A stretch of DNA of 64,000 bases from an uncultured Candidatus Saccharibacteria bacterium (GTDB lineage: Bacteria; Patescibacteriota; Saccharimonadia; UBA4664; CAZJNH01). The stretch covers positions 5,295-69,294 of the forward strand of contig CAZJNH010000001.1 in NCBI GenBank assembly GCA_964547425.1. The letters run 5' to 3'. The notes under the pieces are model-generated. The model was not told the DNA's origin, ran no database searches, and saw only the letters and a program-made list of their open reading frames with translations. Both the position numbers and the translations under genes were made by a program. This document shows, piece after piece, positions 26,129 to 35,497 of the stretch. How positions within the stretch are numbered: the stretch's first letter is position 1; each line of letters begins with the position of its first letter.

Positions 26129-27290
26129 CGACTTTTGCTCCCAATTTACCTGCGTGCAATTGTATCACCAGATCATCACCGGCCTTAACCTGCGACGCAT
26201 CTTTTACAATTGTGTTTCCGGCGAAGGTGATCGAATAACCTCGCGACAACAGCCCTTGCGGATTAGCTGCTGCCAATAAACGCGACAATCCAGCCAGGTT
26301 TTGCTGGTAAGTCGCCACCTGCCCACTGAAGCGGGTCAAAAATTGCCGCAACCTGGTTTCGGCGTTTCTAATTTGTTCCAGCGGTTGCTTCAGGACCGCT
26401 TCGAGGCTTCCGGCGAGCAGCTGGAGCCGGCGTCCGGACTCGTCAACTAGCTGCCTGATCGATCGGGTCAGGTCCGCTTTTTGTTGATCCAAATGCCTGC
26501 TAACCTCTTCCCGGCTCGGCGCCACCAAGTGGGCTGCCTGAGTCGGCGTCGGCGCCCGCAGGTCCGCTACCAAATCGGCGAGGCTAATGTCGGGTTCGTG
26601 CCCGACCCCAACTACGATCGGTGTCCGGCTGCCAGCTACCGCCCGGGCCACCGGCTCAGAGTTAAAGGCCTGTAAATCATCCAGGCTGCCGCCGCCGCGG
26701 ATCAGTACTAAGGTGTCGAGCGGCTCCGCTAATTGGTTAAGGTATCCCAGCGCCCCAACGATCTGGTCGACAGCACCAATCCCTTGTACCATCACCGGCG
26801 TAAAAACAATCTCTAGGCCACCCCAACGAGAATTTAGCACCCGCATGAAGTCATGCAATACGGCACCCTCTTTCGAAGTCACCAACCCGATCCGGCGCGG
26901 AAACTCAGGGATAGGACGCTTGCGGGCCGGGTCAAACAATCCTTCCTGTTCCAGCTTGGCTTTAAGTAGTTCATAGGCTCGGCGCAGCTCGCCTTCCCCA
27001 GCCAGTTCAAGAGTTTCGATCTGAAAACTAAAACCGTACTGCGGGTGCAGCTTCGGCGTACCGGTCGCCCGGATCTTCATCCCATCCTCCAGCGGATGCT
27101 GCAGCCGGTTCTTAAAGATCACACTGCGCAGCATCGCCTCCTCTTCCTTCAAGTTGAATTGGTACGTCGCCGGCGTTGCTCGGTAACCGGAAATCTCCCC
27201 CTCCACCACAACGCTTTGATAGCCGAACTGCAGATGCAGATCAACAGCGTGAATAAACTCTTTGACGCTAAGAGGTTTTTGCGGATTCAT
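26112..27290 (-). CDS. xseA: Exodeoxyribonuclease VII large subunit
   Basis: VEGEIS, EGLFD..RKRPIP, RGGGSLDDL..FN, GVGHE.D, RAPTPT, L.RGYSI. Confidence 0.96.
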   Translation of the reverse strand: MNPQKPLSVKEFIHAVDLHLQFGYQSVVVEGEISGYRATPATYQFNLKEEEAMLRSVIFKNRLQHPLEDGMKIRATGTPKLHPQYGFSFQIETLELAGEGELRRAYELLKAKLEQEGLFDPARKRPIPEFPRRIGLVTSKEGAVLHDFMRVLNSRWGGLEIVFTPVMVQGIGAVDQIVGALGYLNQLAEPLDTLVLIRGGGSLDDLQAFNSEPVARAVAGSRTPIVVGVGHEPDISLADLVADLRAPTPTQAAHLVAPSREEVSRHLDQQKADLTRSIRQLVDESGRRLQLLAGSLEAVLKQPLEQIRNAETRLRQFLTRFSGQVATYQQNLAGLSRLLAAANPQGLLSRGYSITFAGNTIVKDASQVKAGDDLVIQLHAGKLGAKVDDRQR

Positions 27291-28297
27291 GCCAAAACCT
27301 CCTTTTTGGTCACCCTTTGGCGGTAGTAGTAAAATCCAACCGGCAAAAAGACCGCCATATTCACGAGCCGGTAAACCAAGACTATCGAAAAACTTAGGCT
27401 AAAGGGCTGGCCTAAAGCCACTAGAGTCGCGATCATCGCCGCCTCATAAGCTCCGGCGCCGTTGGTAGCCACCCCGGTCAGGCTAAAGATATTAGCCAAA
27501 GTATAGGCGGCAACCACCACGCCCGGGTTAATCCAAACCCCAAAAGCCGCGAACACCACATAAACCGTTGCTACCTCGGTTACATTGCCGACTATCGAGT
27601 AAATCGCCGGTTGATGCCATAATCCGTGCCGCTGAAACAGCAGCTGCTTACCCTGGTAAAATTCATCCAGAAAACCCCCAATCTGCTCGCTGGTAACCAG
27701 TTGACGGTGCCGCAGCCGCTGCCACAGGCGGTTAGCAAACCTCACCATAGGCATCAGTAGCCGCTCCACTAACCCGCGCTGGTTAATCACCGCCGCCAGA
27801 AAAATGCCAATGCCGAGCAGCAGCATAATAAACAGCAAGATCACCCTCACCGTCACACGGTTGACGTTGCCGCCATAAAAAAGCAGTAAGAACCCGATTC
27901 CCAGTACTACCAAAAAGGACAAGTACCCGAAAACCTGCCAGCCAAGCTGCGCCAGCGTGGTTTTGCCGGACGGCACTTCGTCGCTTAAATCTTTGGCGAA
28001 GTAGGAAATCCCGGATATGCCGGCTGAAGGAAACGCCTGGTTAACGAAGTTAATCGCGATAGCGGCTTTGTATAGTCTCTTGAGATCGATTTTGTAGCCC
28101 AAGATCGAAAGAAAACTCTCGTAAAACTTGGCGTTAAAGTAGTAGCCGACCAATTGGATCGGAATTAATAAAATCAGAATCAACGGGTTTACGTGCCGGA
28201 AAATTTCCGGCAGCTGGCTTAGTCGGCCGAGGTTAGCCGCGACGATACCAATTAGAGCGACTAGGCCGACGCTAACCAATAATCTGCGAGCAGTCAT
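27287..28297 (-). CDS. Lysylphosphatidylglycerol synthase TM / flippase-like (UPF0104) membrane protein
   Basis: Multiple TMs, NQAFPSAG, G.GAYE, LVYR motif. Confidence 0.75.
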   Translation of the reverse strand: MTARRLLVSVGLVALIGIVAANLGRLSQLPEIFRHVNPLILILLIPIQLVGYYFNAKFYESFLSILGYKIDLKRLYKAAIAINFVNQAFPSAGISGISYFAKDLSDEVPSGKTTLAQLGWQVFGYLSFLVVLGIGFLLLFYGGNVNRVTVRVILLFIMLLLGIGIFLAAVINQRGLVERLLMPMVRFANRLWQRLRHRQLVTSEQIGGFLDEFYQGKQLLFQRHGLWHQPAIYSIVGNVTEVATVYVVFAAFGVWINPGVVVAAYTLANIFSLTGVATNGAGAYEAAMIATLVALGQPFSLSFSIVLVYRLVNMAVFLPVGFYYYRQRVTKKEVLA

Positions 28298-28343
28298 AAC
28301 CAATATTATATCGAGGATTCAGGATACACGATACACTTAGACT

Positions 28344-29459
28344 ATGAAGTATCTTGCGGTATTGGGCCGGGAAGCTGAACTGTCGCTAGCGGAACTGGAG
28401 AGTGTGCTTGGCGGGGTGGAGCCGTTCGGCGGCTGTGCCTTAATCCCAGCCTTGCCGGATCAAAACCAACTGGGAGGTTCGGTTAAGCTGGCCAAAGTTG
28501 TTCGGCGATCGCCTTGGGCAGGCTGGGACAAGCTGAAGCTTAACCTCGACCAATTACCGCTCACTGAAGGCAAAACCACCTTCGGAGTCAGTTTTTACGG
28601 ACCTCCAACCCTAGCCGGAGGCGCGAAGAAATTCGCTCTTGAACTCAAAAAGCAGCTTCCTGGTTCCGCCCGAGCTGTCGTCTCCGACTCTCCTCTAACC
28701 GCGGCTCAACTCAAGTTCAATAAAGTGCTCGATAAGGGGTTTGAGCTAATCGTGGCGGTCAACGCCAACGAGGCGATTTTAGCTCTAACTGAATCGTTCC
28801 AGGACATCGATTGGTACTCAAAGCGTGACTATGACCGGCCAGGCCGCGACGCCAAAGTCGGAATGCTGCCTCCTAAGCTCGCCCAAATAATGATCAACCT
28901 GTCTAAGGGCGATAAAATTTATGACCCGTTCTGCGGCACCGGCGTAGTTCTCCAGGAAGCCCTGCTAATGGGCAAGCCGGCCAGCGGGTCTGATCTTGAG
29001 CCTCGGATGGTTGAGCTAACCGAAAAAAACCTCGCCTGGCTGCGCCAGCAAGTTGAAAGTGAATTGGCCGACGCTGAAGTAAGCCAGGCCGACGCTCGTA
29101 CGGTGCAAATTCCGGCAGGCTTCTCGGTTGTGTCCGAAGGTTACCTGGGCCCGCCCTTAACCAAAGCCCCTTCTCCGGACGAATTAGGTAAACTGAAGGC
29201 TGAGCTAGGTACTCTATTTACTGGGTGCTTAAGCAGCTGGAGCAAACAAAACGTTAGCCGGGTTTGCTTGGCGATCCCTTCCTGGCGAGTTAATTGGTCA
29301 TCGAGCTTCGGCCCCCTCCAAGCCCCAGCGCTCATTGACCATCTCGATACAGTTGGGTATAATTTGGTGCGATTTAAACACGCCGACAGCCGTAAGTTAA
29401 TTTATGCCCGGAAAGACCAATTGGTCGGGCGCCAGCTGTTGGTCCTGGAGAAAAAATAA
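28344..29459 (+). CDS. TRM11-like RNA methyltransferase
   Basis: GMLPPKLAQIMIN, IYDPFCGTG, GSD, DAR motifs. Confidence 0.8.
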   Translation: MKYLAVLGREAELSLAELESVLGGVEPFGGCALIPALPDQNQLGGSVKLAKVVRRSPWAGWDKLKLNLDQLPLTEGKTTFGVSFYGPPTLAGGAKKFALELKKQLPGSARAVVSDSPLTAAQLKFNKVLDKGFELIVAVNANEAILALTESFQDIDWYSKRDYDRPGRDAKVGMLPPKLAQIMINLSKGDKIYDPFCGTGVVLQEALLMGKPASGSDLEPRMVELTEKNLAWLRQQVESELADAEVSQADARTVQIPAGFSVVSEGYLGPPLTKAPSPDELGKLKAELGTLFTGCLSSWSKQNVSRVCLAIPSWRVNWSSSFGPLQAPALIDHLDTVGYNLVRFKHADSRKLIYARKDQLVGRQLLVLEKK

Positions 29460-29462
29460 GTC

Positions 29463-29741
29463 ATGGCACACGTAAAAGCAGGGGGAACATCACGGTTAGG
29501 GAGAGACTCGGAGTCAAAACGGCTCGGGGTTAAATTGTTTGGCGGCGAAACCGTAACCGCCGGCCAAATCATCGTGCGCCAGCGCGGCACTAAAATGATC
29601 GCCGGCCCCGGCACTTCCCTGGGCAAAGACCACACCATTCATGCCACCCAAGCCGGTAAAGTTAATTACTCCGTCAAACGCAAAACCGACTTCTCAAGCG
29701 CCCACACTCGCCGTACGCACGTCTCCGTAATTTCTAATTAG
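29463..29741 (+). CDS. rpmA: 50S ribosomal protein L27
   Basis: [31 protein letters not shown]. Confidence 0.98.
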   Translation: MAHVKAGGTSRLGRDSESKRLGVKLFGGETVTAGQIIVRQRGTKMIAGPGTSLGKDHTIHATQAGKVNYSVKRKTDFSSAHTRRTHVSVISN

Positions 29742-29761
29742 TAATTATTAGTAATTTCGAA

Positions 29762-31417
29762 TTAGGCTCGCGAGAGCCTCATTTTTAGTTTCTCGACCAT
29801 TCGCCGGTCGTCCCAGTAATGGGCAACGGCGGCTTGAATGAAGCCGTTAAACAACGGATGAGGCTGGTCGGGACGTGATTTGAACTCCGGATGGAATTGG
29901 CTGGCTACAAAAAACGGATGGTCCTTCAGCTCAACTAACTCAACCAACTTGTTATCGGGACTAACGCCGGCAAACACCAAGCCGGCTTTATTTAATTTCG
30001 CCCGGTAAGCATTGTTTAGCTCATAGCGATGTCGGTGACGTTCCAAGACTTGAGTTTTACCGTAAAGTTTCCGGCTTAATGTGCCAGCGGCTAATTTGCA
30101 GGGATAATTGCCCAGCCGCATGGTGCCCCCTTTTTCGGTAACGGTCTTTTGGTCGGCCATAATGTCGATCACCGGATGTTTGGTGTTGGGGTCAACTTCG
30201 GTGGTATTTACCTTGTCGGTATCTAGTATTCTGCGCGCTATCGCTATAGTAGCGGTTTGCATACCGAGGCACAGGCCCAAATAAGGCAGTTTGTTGTCTA
30301 TCGAGTAATTAGCGGCGATGATTTTGCCTTCAACCCCCCGCGAACCAAACCCGCCCGGTACAATCAGCCCGTCGAAACCGCTTAAAAGCGACGCTCCGTC
30401 CTCACTTTCGACCTTTTCGGCATCAACCCACTTGATGTCGACGCTGACACCATTGGCCCACCCGGCAGCCTTGGTCGCTTCGAAAACACTCATATAGGTG
30501 TCAACATTACTCATATACTTTGCGACAACGCCGACGCGAATCACCGGATGCGGGCCTTTGATGGTTTTCACCAGCTTCTCCCAGCCATTGTGCTGGGGTT
30601 TTTTGCGCGGCAAGCCTAAGTGTTTGCAAACGTAGTCACCAAATCCTTCAGCCTCCAAAAGCAATGGGACCTCATAGACCGTTTCGACGTTCGGCAGAGC
30701 AATGATTCCGCCCTGATCGACATCACAAAATAAGCTCAACTTTTTGATCGTGGCTTCATCGACCGGTTTCTCGGACCGGGCAAAAATAATTTCCGGCTGG
30801 ATACCCGCTTCCCGCAAATCCCTGACGGTGTTTTGGGCCGGCTTTGTTTTGAGCTCCTTACTGGTTTCGATGTAGGGCAAATAAACTAAGTGGGCGTAAA
30901 GCGCGTTCTCGGCCCCTACGCGGCGTTTAAACTGCCGAATAGCTTCGAGAAATCCCAGACTTTCGTAGTCCCCGACCGTCCCGCCAATCTCAACAATATG
31001 GACATCGTAGCCTTTACCGGCCGCCTCGATAGCCTTTTGCATCTCGGTGGTGACGTGAGGAATAATCTGGACCGTTTTGCCCAAGTACTTCCCCGCCCTT
31101 TCCGCCGCAATGATGTTGGCGTAGATTTGGCCGCTCATTAACGAGCTTTTGCGTTCCAGCTCCTGGTTCAAAAACCGTTCATAGTGTCCGAGGTCCAAAT
31201 CGGTTTCGGCGCCGTCTTTAGTCACAAAAACTTCGCCGTGCTCCCCAGGATTCAGGGTGCCGGCGTCGGTGTTTAGGTAGGGGTCGCATTTTTGGATGTT
31301 GACGGAAAATCCGCGGGCTTTGAGCAGATGTCCTATGGCGGCGGAGGTGATGCCTTTGCCGAGTCCGGAAAGGACTCCGCCGGTCACAAATATGTACTTA
31401 GTCTGCCCCTTGGCCAC
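29762..31417 (-). CDS. pyrG: CTP synthase
   Basis: KYIFVTGGVLSGLGKG, ETDLDLGHYERF, GLCLGMQ, ERHRHRYE, QFHPEF. Confidence 0.98.
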   Translation of the reverse strand: MAKGQTKYIFVTGGVLSGLGKGITSAAIGHLLKARGFSVNIQKCDPYLNTDAGTLNPGEHGEVFVTKDGAETDLDLGHYERFLNQELERKSSLMSGQIYANIIAAERAGKYLGKTVQIIPHVTTEMQKAIEAAGKGYDVHIVEIGGTVGDYESLGFLEAIRQFKRRVGAENALYAHLVYLPYIETSKELKTKPAQNTVRDLREAGIQPEIIFARSEKPVDEATIKKLSLFCDVDQGGIIALPNVETVYEVPLLLEAEGFGDYVCKHLGLPRKKPQHNGWEKLVKTIKGPHPVIRVGVVAKYMSNVDTYMSVFEATKAAGWANGVSVDIKWVDAEKVESEDGASLLSGFDGLIVPGGFGSRGVEGKIIAANYSIDNKLPYLGLCLGMQTATIAIARRILDTDKVNTTEVDPNTKHPVIDIMADQKTVTEKGGTMRLGNYPCKLAAGTLSRKLYGKTQVLERHRHRYELNNAYRAKLNKAGLVFAGVSPDNKLVELVELKDHPFFVASQFHPEFKSRPDQPHPLFNGFIQAAVAHYWDDRRMVEKLKMRLSRA

Positions 31418-31521
31418 AAACCCCCATTTAGCTTATGCTCTAAAACTTCTTACCAATGATACTAAAAGCTAGTAAGAGAATCTAGTATGCGCGCCTTGAT
31501 TCTAGCTTCTCATTCTAACTT

Positions 31522-32691
31522 CTATTTGAAGAGTTGGAGGGTGCGTTCGAGTTGAGGATCAACCAAGCTGTTCTTGTTGTCAGGCTGCTTAATTTCAACA
31601 TCCGGCTTAATCCCCAGATGGTCAATCCCCCGCCCTTTCGGGGTAAACCAATGTGCGATCGTGACCTTTAGTTCACTGCCGCCATCTAGGTTAATTATGT
31701 CCTGGACGCTCCCTTTGCCGAAGCTCTTCTCCCCAACTAGTTTCGCTGCACCTTGGTCCTGCAAAGCTCCAGCAACAATTTCGCTGGCCGAGGCGCTGCC
31801 GCCGTTGATCATTACTAGGAGCTGGGCACCTATTAGTTTACCGCCGGCTTGGGCCTTCAAGACCTTTTCGGTCTTGCCGGCGTGCCTCTCGGAGACCACT
31901 ACTTTACCGGCCGGCAGAAATTGGCTCGCTACTTGAACCGCTGCATCGAGATAACCACCGGGATCGTTTCGTAAGTCGAGCAAAAACTTGGTGGCGCCTT
32001 TTGCCCTCAGCTCCGTTGCTGCTTGGTCGAGCTTGGTACCGGTATCATCAGCGAACCGGGTAACTTGAATATAGCCGACTCCGCCTTTCATACTCCACTT
32101 CACGCTTGGCACCATGATGATCTGGCGCTTGATAGTGACGTCAAAAACCTTCAGCCCGCGGGCTAACTTGAGCTTAACTGAACTGCCGGCTGTGCCGCGG
32201 ATTTTGGTGACGGCTTGGTCGACCGTCAAACCTTGGGTGTCTTTGCCGTCGATGGCGATAACTTCGTCTCCGGGCCGCAAACCTGCCGACTGAGCCGGTG
32301 AGCCCTCGAGCGGCGCAACTATTATCAGCTGGCCGTCTTTTTGGCCGAGCTCAGCCCCAATTCCGCTCAAGGTGCCGTTTAGATCGTCATCGAGCTCCTT
32401 GGCCTCCCCGGCCGTCAAATAGACCGTATAGGGATCTCCGGCCGCTGCTACTAAACCAGCTTTTGCCCCGTCGAGCAGCTTGCCTTGTTCGAGCTTGCCG
32501 TCGAATTTGTCTTTTAGCAGCTGCTCGATCTTGGTTAAAGAATAATAACTGTTCGTCGATTTGGCTTGGTATTGGGAGTAAACCACGCCCATCCCGAAAC
32601 CATAGCCAATCAGTCCAACGGCAATAAAAAAACCGAGCGCCGCTCGCTTGGCTCTAGCGGACTTTTTGGGATGCCTTAATGAATGAACCAC
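31522..32691 (-). CDS. S41 C-terminal processing peptidase with PDZ domain
   Basis: GDPYT.Y, GIGAE, DLRNDPGG, SASASEI, GEKSFGKGSVQ. Confidence 0.93.
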   Translation of the reverse strand: MVHSLRHPKKSARAKRAALGFFIAVGLIGYGFGMGVVYSQYQAKSTNSYYSLTKIEQLLKDKFDGKLEQGKLLDGAKAGLVAAAGDPYTVYLTAGEAKELDDDLNGTLSGIGAELGQKDGQLIIVAPLEGSPAQSAGLRPGDEVIAIDGKDTQGLTVDQAVTKIRGTAGSSVKLKLARGLKVFDVTIKRQIIMVPSVKWSMKGGVGYIQVTRFADDTGTKLDQAATELRAKGATKFLLDLRNDPGGYLDAAVQVASQFLPAGKVVVSERHAGKTEKVLKAQAGGKLIGAQLLVMINGGSASASEIVAGALQDQGAAKLVGEKSFGKGSVQDIINLDGGSELKVTIAHWFTPKGRGIDHLGIKPDVEIKQPDNKNSLVDPQLERTLQLFK

Positions 32692-33791
32692 AGAGACGAG
32701 GAATTCCAGTAACTTTCACTATAACGGCCGCTAAAGTCGGCGTTGTATTGGCTAACAAAAACCTGAGCGCCGGTTACCGCCTCAACGATCATAACGTGGC
32801 CGAACTCGCCGCCGGTGTAAACGCCGATGGCACCGTACTCGGGATTGTGGTCGACCCTCATCCCGGACGCGTGGGCCCAGTTGACCCAGTCTTTGGCATT
32901 AGCCTGGCCCATGTAACCCCAAGCCGGAATCGGACGGCCGATCGCTGAACGTTTCCAGGCTGCGTAGGACGTGCACTCTCTCCAGTAGAAGCCCCAAGGG
33001 TCGACTCCGCCATCCTGAGGCTCACCGGCCCAGGGATATCCGCCGGTGCCGCCGTAGACTGAACCGCCGGAGTTGGCAGCGATCAAAGCCGCCTGCTGAG
33101 CTTCGAGTTGCGATAGTTTAGCTTTGTCGCCCTTTAGTTTGGATTGATAAACCGACTCTTGCCCTTGGGTCTCAGCCAACAACGCGTTGACTTCATTCTG
33201 CTGCTGGCTCAAACCGTATAGTAAAGACTGCTGCTGGGCGATGGTAGATTCCAGTTGTTTGGATTCATCTTCCAGCTGCCGTTTTAAATCAGCGATTTGG
33301 GCTACCGCCCGCTGGATATTGTCTTTAATCCGCTCCAAGTATTGCTGACCGTCTAAAAAGTCGCTTAAGTTGCCGCTGGAAAACAACATTTCCAGAGGTG
33401 TAACTTGGTTGGTCTGATAAATCAGCCGAACATTCTCGCCTAAAATAGCCTGTTTCTTTTTCAAATCGGCGTTGGCTTTGGCGATTTCATCGCTAAGCTG
33501 GGCCTGGCGGGCTCGAGCCAAATCCAGGGCCGCCTGGTTAGCGGCGATTTTGGCATTAAGTAACGCTAAGTGATTGTTCAAGGTGTCGGCCTTGGCCTGC
33601 CACTCATTCACCTGAGCTTGGCTCTGGGCGACCTGGCGGTTGGCGGCGTCGATCTGGTCCTGCAAACTGTCGGCCTTAACGGTCCGGCTATGCGCGATTA
33701 ACAAAAAAGCAGCCAAAGCTATCGCTAGCCTGGCTATATGATCGAACCGAACCGTCGAGAGAACCTTGGTCTGACTCTTTTGGTATTGCAT
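32676..33791 (-). CDS. PcsB-like coiled-coil plus CHAP peptidoglycan hydrolase
   Basis: Signal peptide, long coiled coil, ECTSYAAW (Cys), ANAKDW, FGHVMIVE (His); start uncertain (33791 or 33818). Confidence 0.88.
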   Translation of the reverse strand: MQYQKSQTKVLSTVRFDHIARLAIALAAFLLIAHSRTVKADSLQDQIDAANRQVAQSQAQVNEWQAKADTLNNHLALLNAKIAANQAALDLARARQAQLSDEIAKANADLKKKQAILGENVRLIYQTNQVTPLEMLFSSGNLSDFLDGQQYLERIKDNIQRAVAQIADLKRQLEDESKQLESTIAQQQSLLYGLSQQQNEVNALLAETQGQESVYQSKLKGDKAKLSQLEAQQAALIAANSGGSVYGGTGGYPWAGEPQDGGVDPWGFYWRECTSYAAWKRSAIGRPIPAWGYMGQANAKDWVNWAHASGMRVDHNPEYGAIGVYTGGEFGHVMIVEAVTGAQVFVSQYNADFSGRYSESYWNSSSLWFIH

Positions 33792-33846
33792 TTTTCGCCT
33801 GCGAAAGGCTACCCCCATTGTACCGCTTATGCTCTGTCGGTCAAGA

Positions 33847-34770
33847 TTATAACTTGAGGTACCGTGACATCGCAAGCAAGGAGGAACCCATGCCGATTAC
33901 AGCGCCTAATCCGAGCTCGCCGAGCAGTATCAAATGCGGCGAGGAGTGGAACAAATGATTGACCCGGACCATGTCAAAGTTTTTGGCGAGCAACTGGCTC
34001 GGAGCGGTCACCAGCGAGTACACCACAACGGTCGCGATCACCGCGGCGATAATGCCGTAAAGCGCCGCCTCAAATAGGAATGGGCCGCGGATAAACCAGT
34101 TGGTCGCCCCTACCAGCCTCATAATTTCGATCTCCTCCCGCCGGGTAAAGATGGCCATCCGAATCGTGTTGAAAATAATCAGTGTAGAGATGGTCACAAA
34201 CAGCAAACTGGCGATCAGTCCGAAGGTACGAATGAAGTTACTGGAACGGATAATTTTGTCGATCGTCGCTTTGCGCTCGCCGCTATAACTGGTTGGCGTA
34301 ATCGGATCGAGCAGTTTCTTTACTTCCGGCCGAGCCACAAACGCGCTAATCGGGTCGAGCTTGTTTTGATCCCTAACCTTAATTTCAAACGAGGCGTTGA
34401 GTGGGTTATTCTGTTCGTTAACGGCCTCAAGCAACAAAGGATTGTCTTTGTTCTGCTCCCGATAGCGGGCCAGAGCGTCGGTCTTGGAAACGAAATTGAC
34501 CTCTTCGACATTATCGAGCCCGCGCAGATCCTGGCCCATCTTAATGATCTGGGGTTTGGTGGTGGTATCCGCGAGGTACACAGAGATGTCGATTTTGTTG
34601 ACGATCCCTTTAATGGTGTCGGTTAAAGCAATGTTCGCCACAAACGACAGCAGGATCACCGACAGTGTTACGGTCATCACGACCGCGGCGGCGGTAGAAA
34701 GCCAGGCGTTACGGAATAAATTGCGCGAACCGGCGCGCATAATCCGGCTAAACGAGACGTGCCAGGTCAT
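33847..34770 (-). CDS. ftsX: Cell division permease FtsX
   Basis: Four TMs; IFNTIRMAI..RREEIEIMRLVGAT..FIRGPF..E. Confidence 0.95.
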   Translation of the reverse strand: MTWHVSFSRIMRAGSRNLFRNAWLSTAAAVVMTVTLSVILLSFVANIALTDTIKGIVNKIDISVYLADTTTKPQIIKMGQDLRGLDNVEEVNFVSKTDALARYREQNKDNPLLLEAVNEQNNPLNASFEIKVRDQNKLDPISAFVARPEVKKLLDPITPTSYSGERKATIDKIIRSSNFIRTFGLIASLLFVTISTLIIFNTIRMAIFTRREEIEIMRLVGATNWFIRGPFLFEAALYGIIAAVIATVVVYSLVTAPSQLLAKNFDMVRVNHLFHSSPHLILLGELGLGAVIGMGSSLLAMSRYLKL

Positions 34771-35447
34771 AGCGTATACCTCCCCTGCTGTTCGTCTTTG
34801 ACCAGCCGCCCACGGTTAATCGTGATCACCCGGCGCTTCAAGGCGTTAACGATTTCTTTGTTGTGTGTGGTTAAAAGTACGGTCGTACCGAAGCGGTTAA
34901 TTTTTAGCAGTAGTTCAATAATCTCCCAGGCTGTTTTGGGATCCAAGTTTCCAGTCGGTTCATCGGCTACCAGTATTTTTGGTTGGCGTACCAGGGCTCT
35001 GGCAATTGCCGCCCGCTGGCGTTCTCCACCGGATAATTCATCGGGAAAGTTATTGTGCTTAGCCGAAAGCCCGACCAGCTGCAACACCTTAGGAACCGCC
35101 CGTTTGATTTCCTTGTTTTTGGCCCCAGATACCTCCATCGCAAAGGCTACGTTTTCGTAGACGTTGCGCTGGGGCAGTAACTTAAAATCCTGGAACACAA
35201 CACCGATTTTACGCCGCACCTGCGGTATGTCTTTTTCTTTGAGCGTATCGTAATCCAAACCGGCAACAACGATTTTGCCGGAGGTCTGCTTTTCTTCGCG
35301 GGTCAGCAGTTTAATCAAAGTCGATTTACCGGCGCCGGATGAACCGACGATCGTCACAAACTCCTTTGGCTGGATGTGCAGGTTCACGCCTGACAGCGCG
35401 ACACTTTTGTTGGGGTAAATTTTGGTAACGCGGTCAAACAGTATCAC
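34767..35447 (-). CDS. ftsE: Cell division ATP-binding protein FtsE
   Basis: GSSGAGKST, RRKIGVVFQDFKLL, LSGGE, ADEPTGNLD. Confidence 0.97.
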   Translation of the reverse strand: MILFDRVTKIYPNKSVALSGVNLHIQPKEFVTIVGSSGAGKSTLIKLLTREEKQTSGKIVVAGLDYDTLKEKDIPQVRRKIGVVFQDFKLLPQRNVYENVAFAMEVSGAKNKEIKRAVPKVLQLVGLSAKHNNFPDELSGGERQRAAIARALVRQPKILVADEPTGNLDPKTAWEIIELLLKINRFGTTVLLTTHNKEIVNALKRRVITINRGRLVKDEQQGRYTL

Positions 35448-35497
35448 TCGGACATTCTATCAAACATTAGCAGTAAGTAGTAATTGAGTAGGGCTAG

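Noticed and set aside
31418-31460. Reiterative-transcription attenuator for pyrG (GGGG near the predicted start)
   Set aside because: No terminator hairpin or pyrimidine tract lies between the G-run and the start codon.
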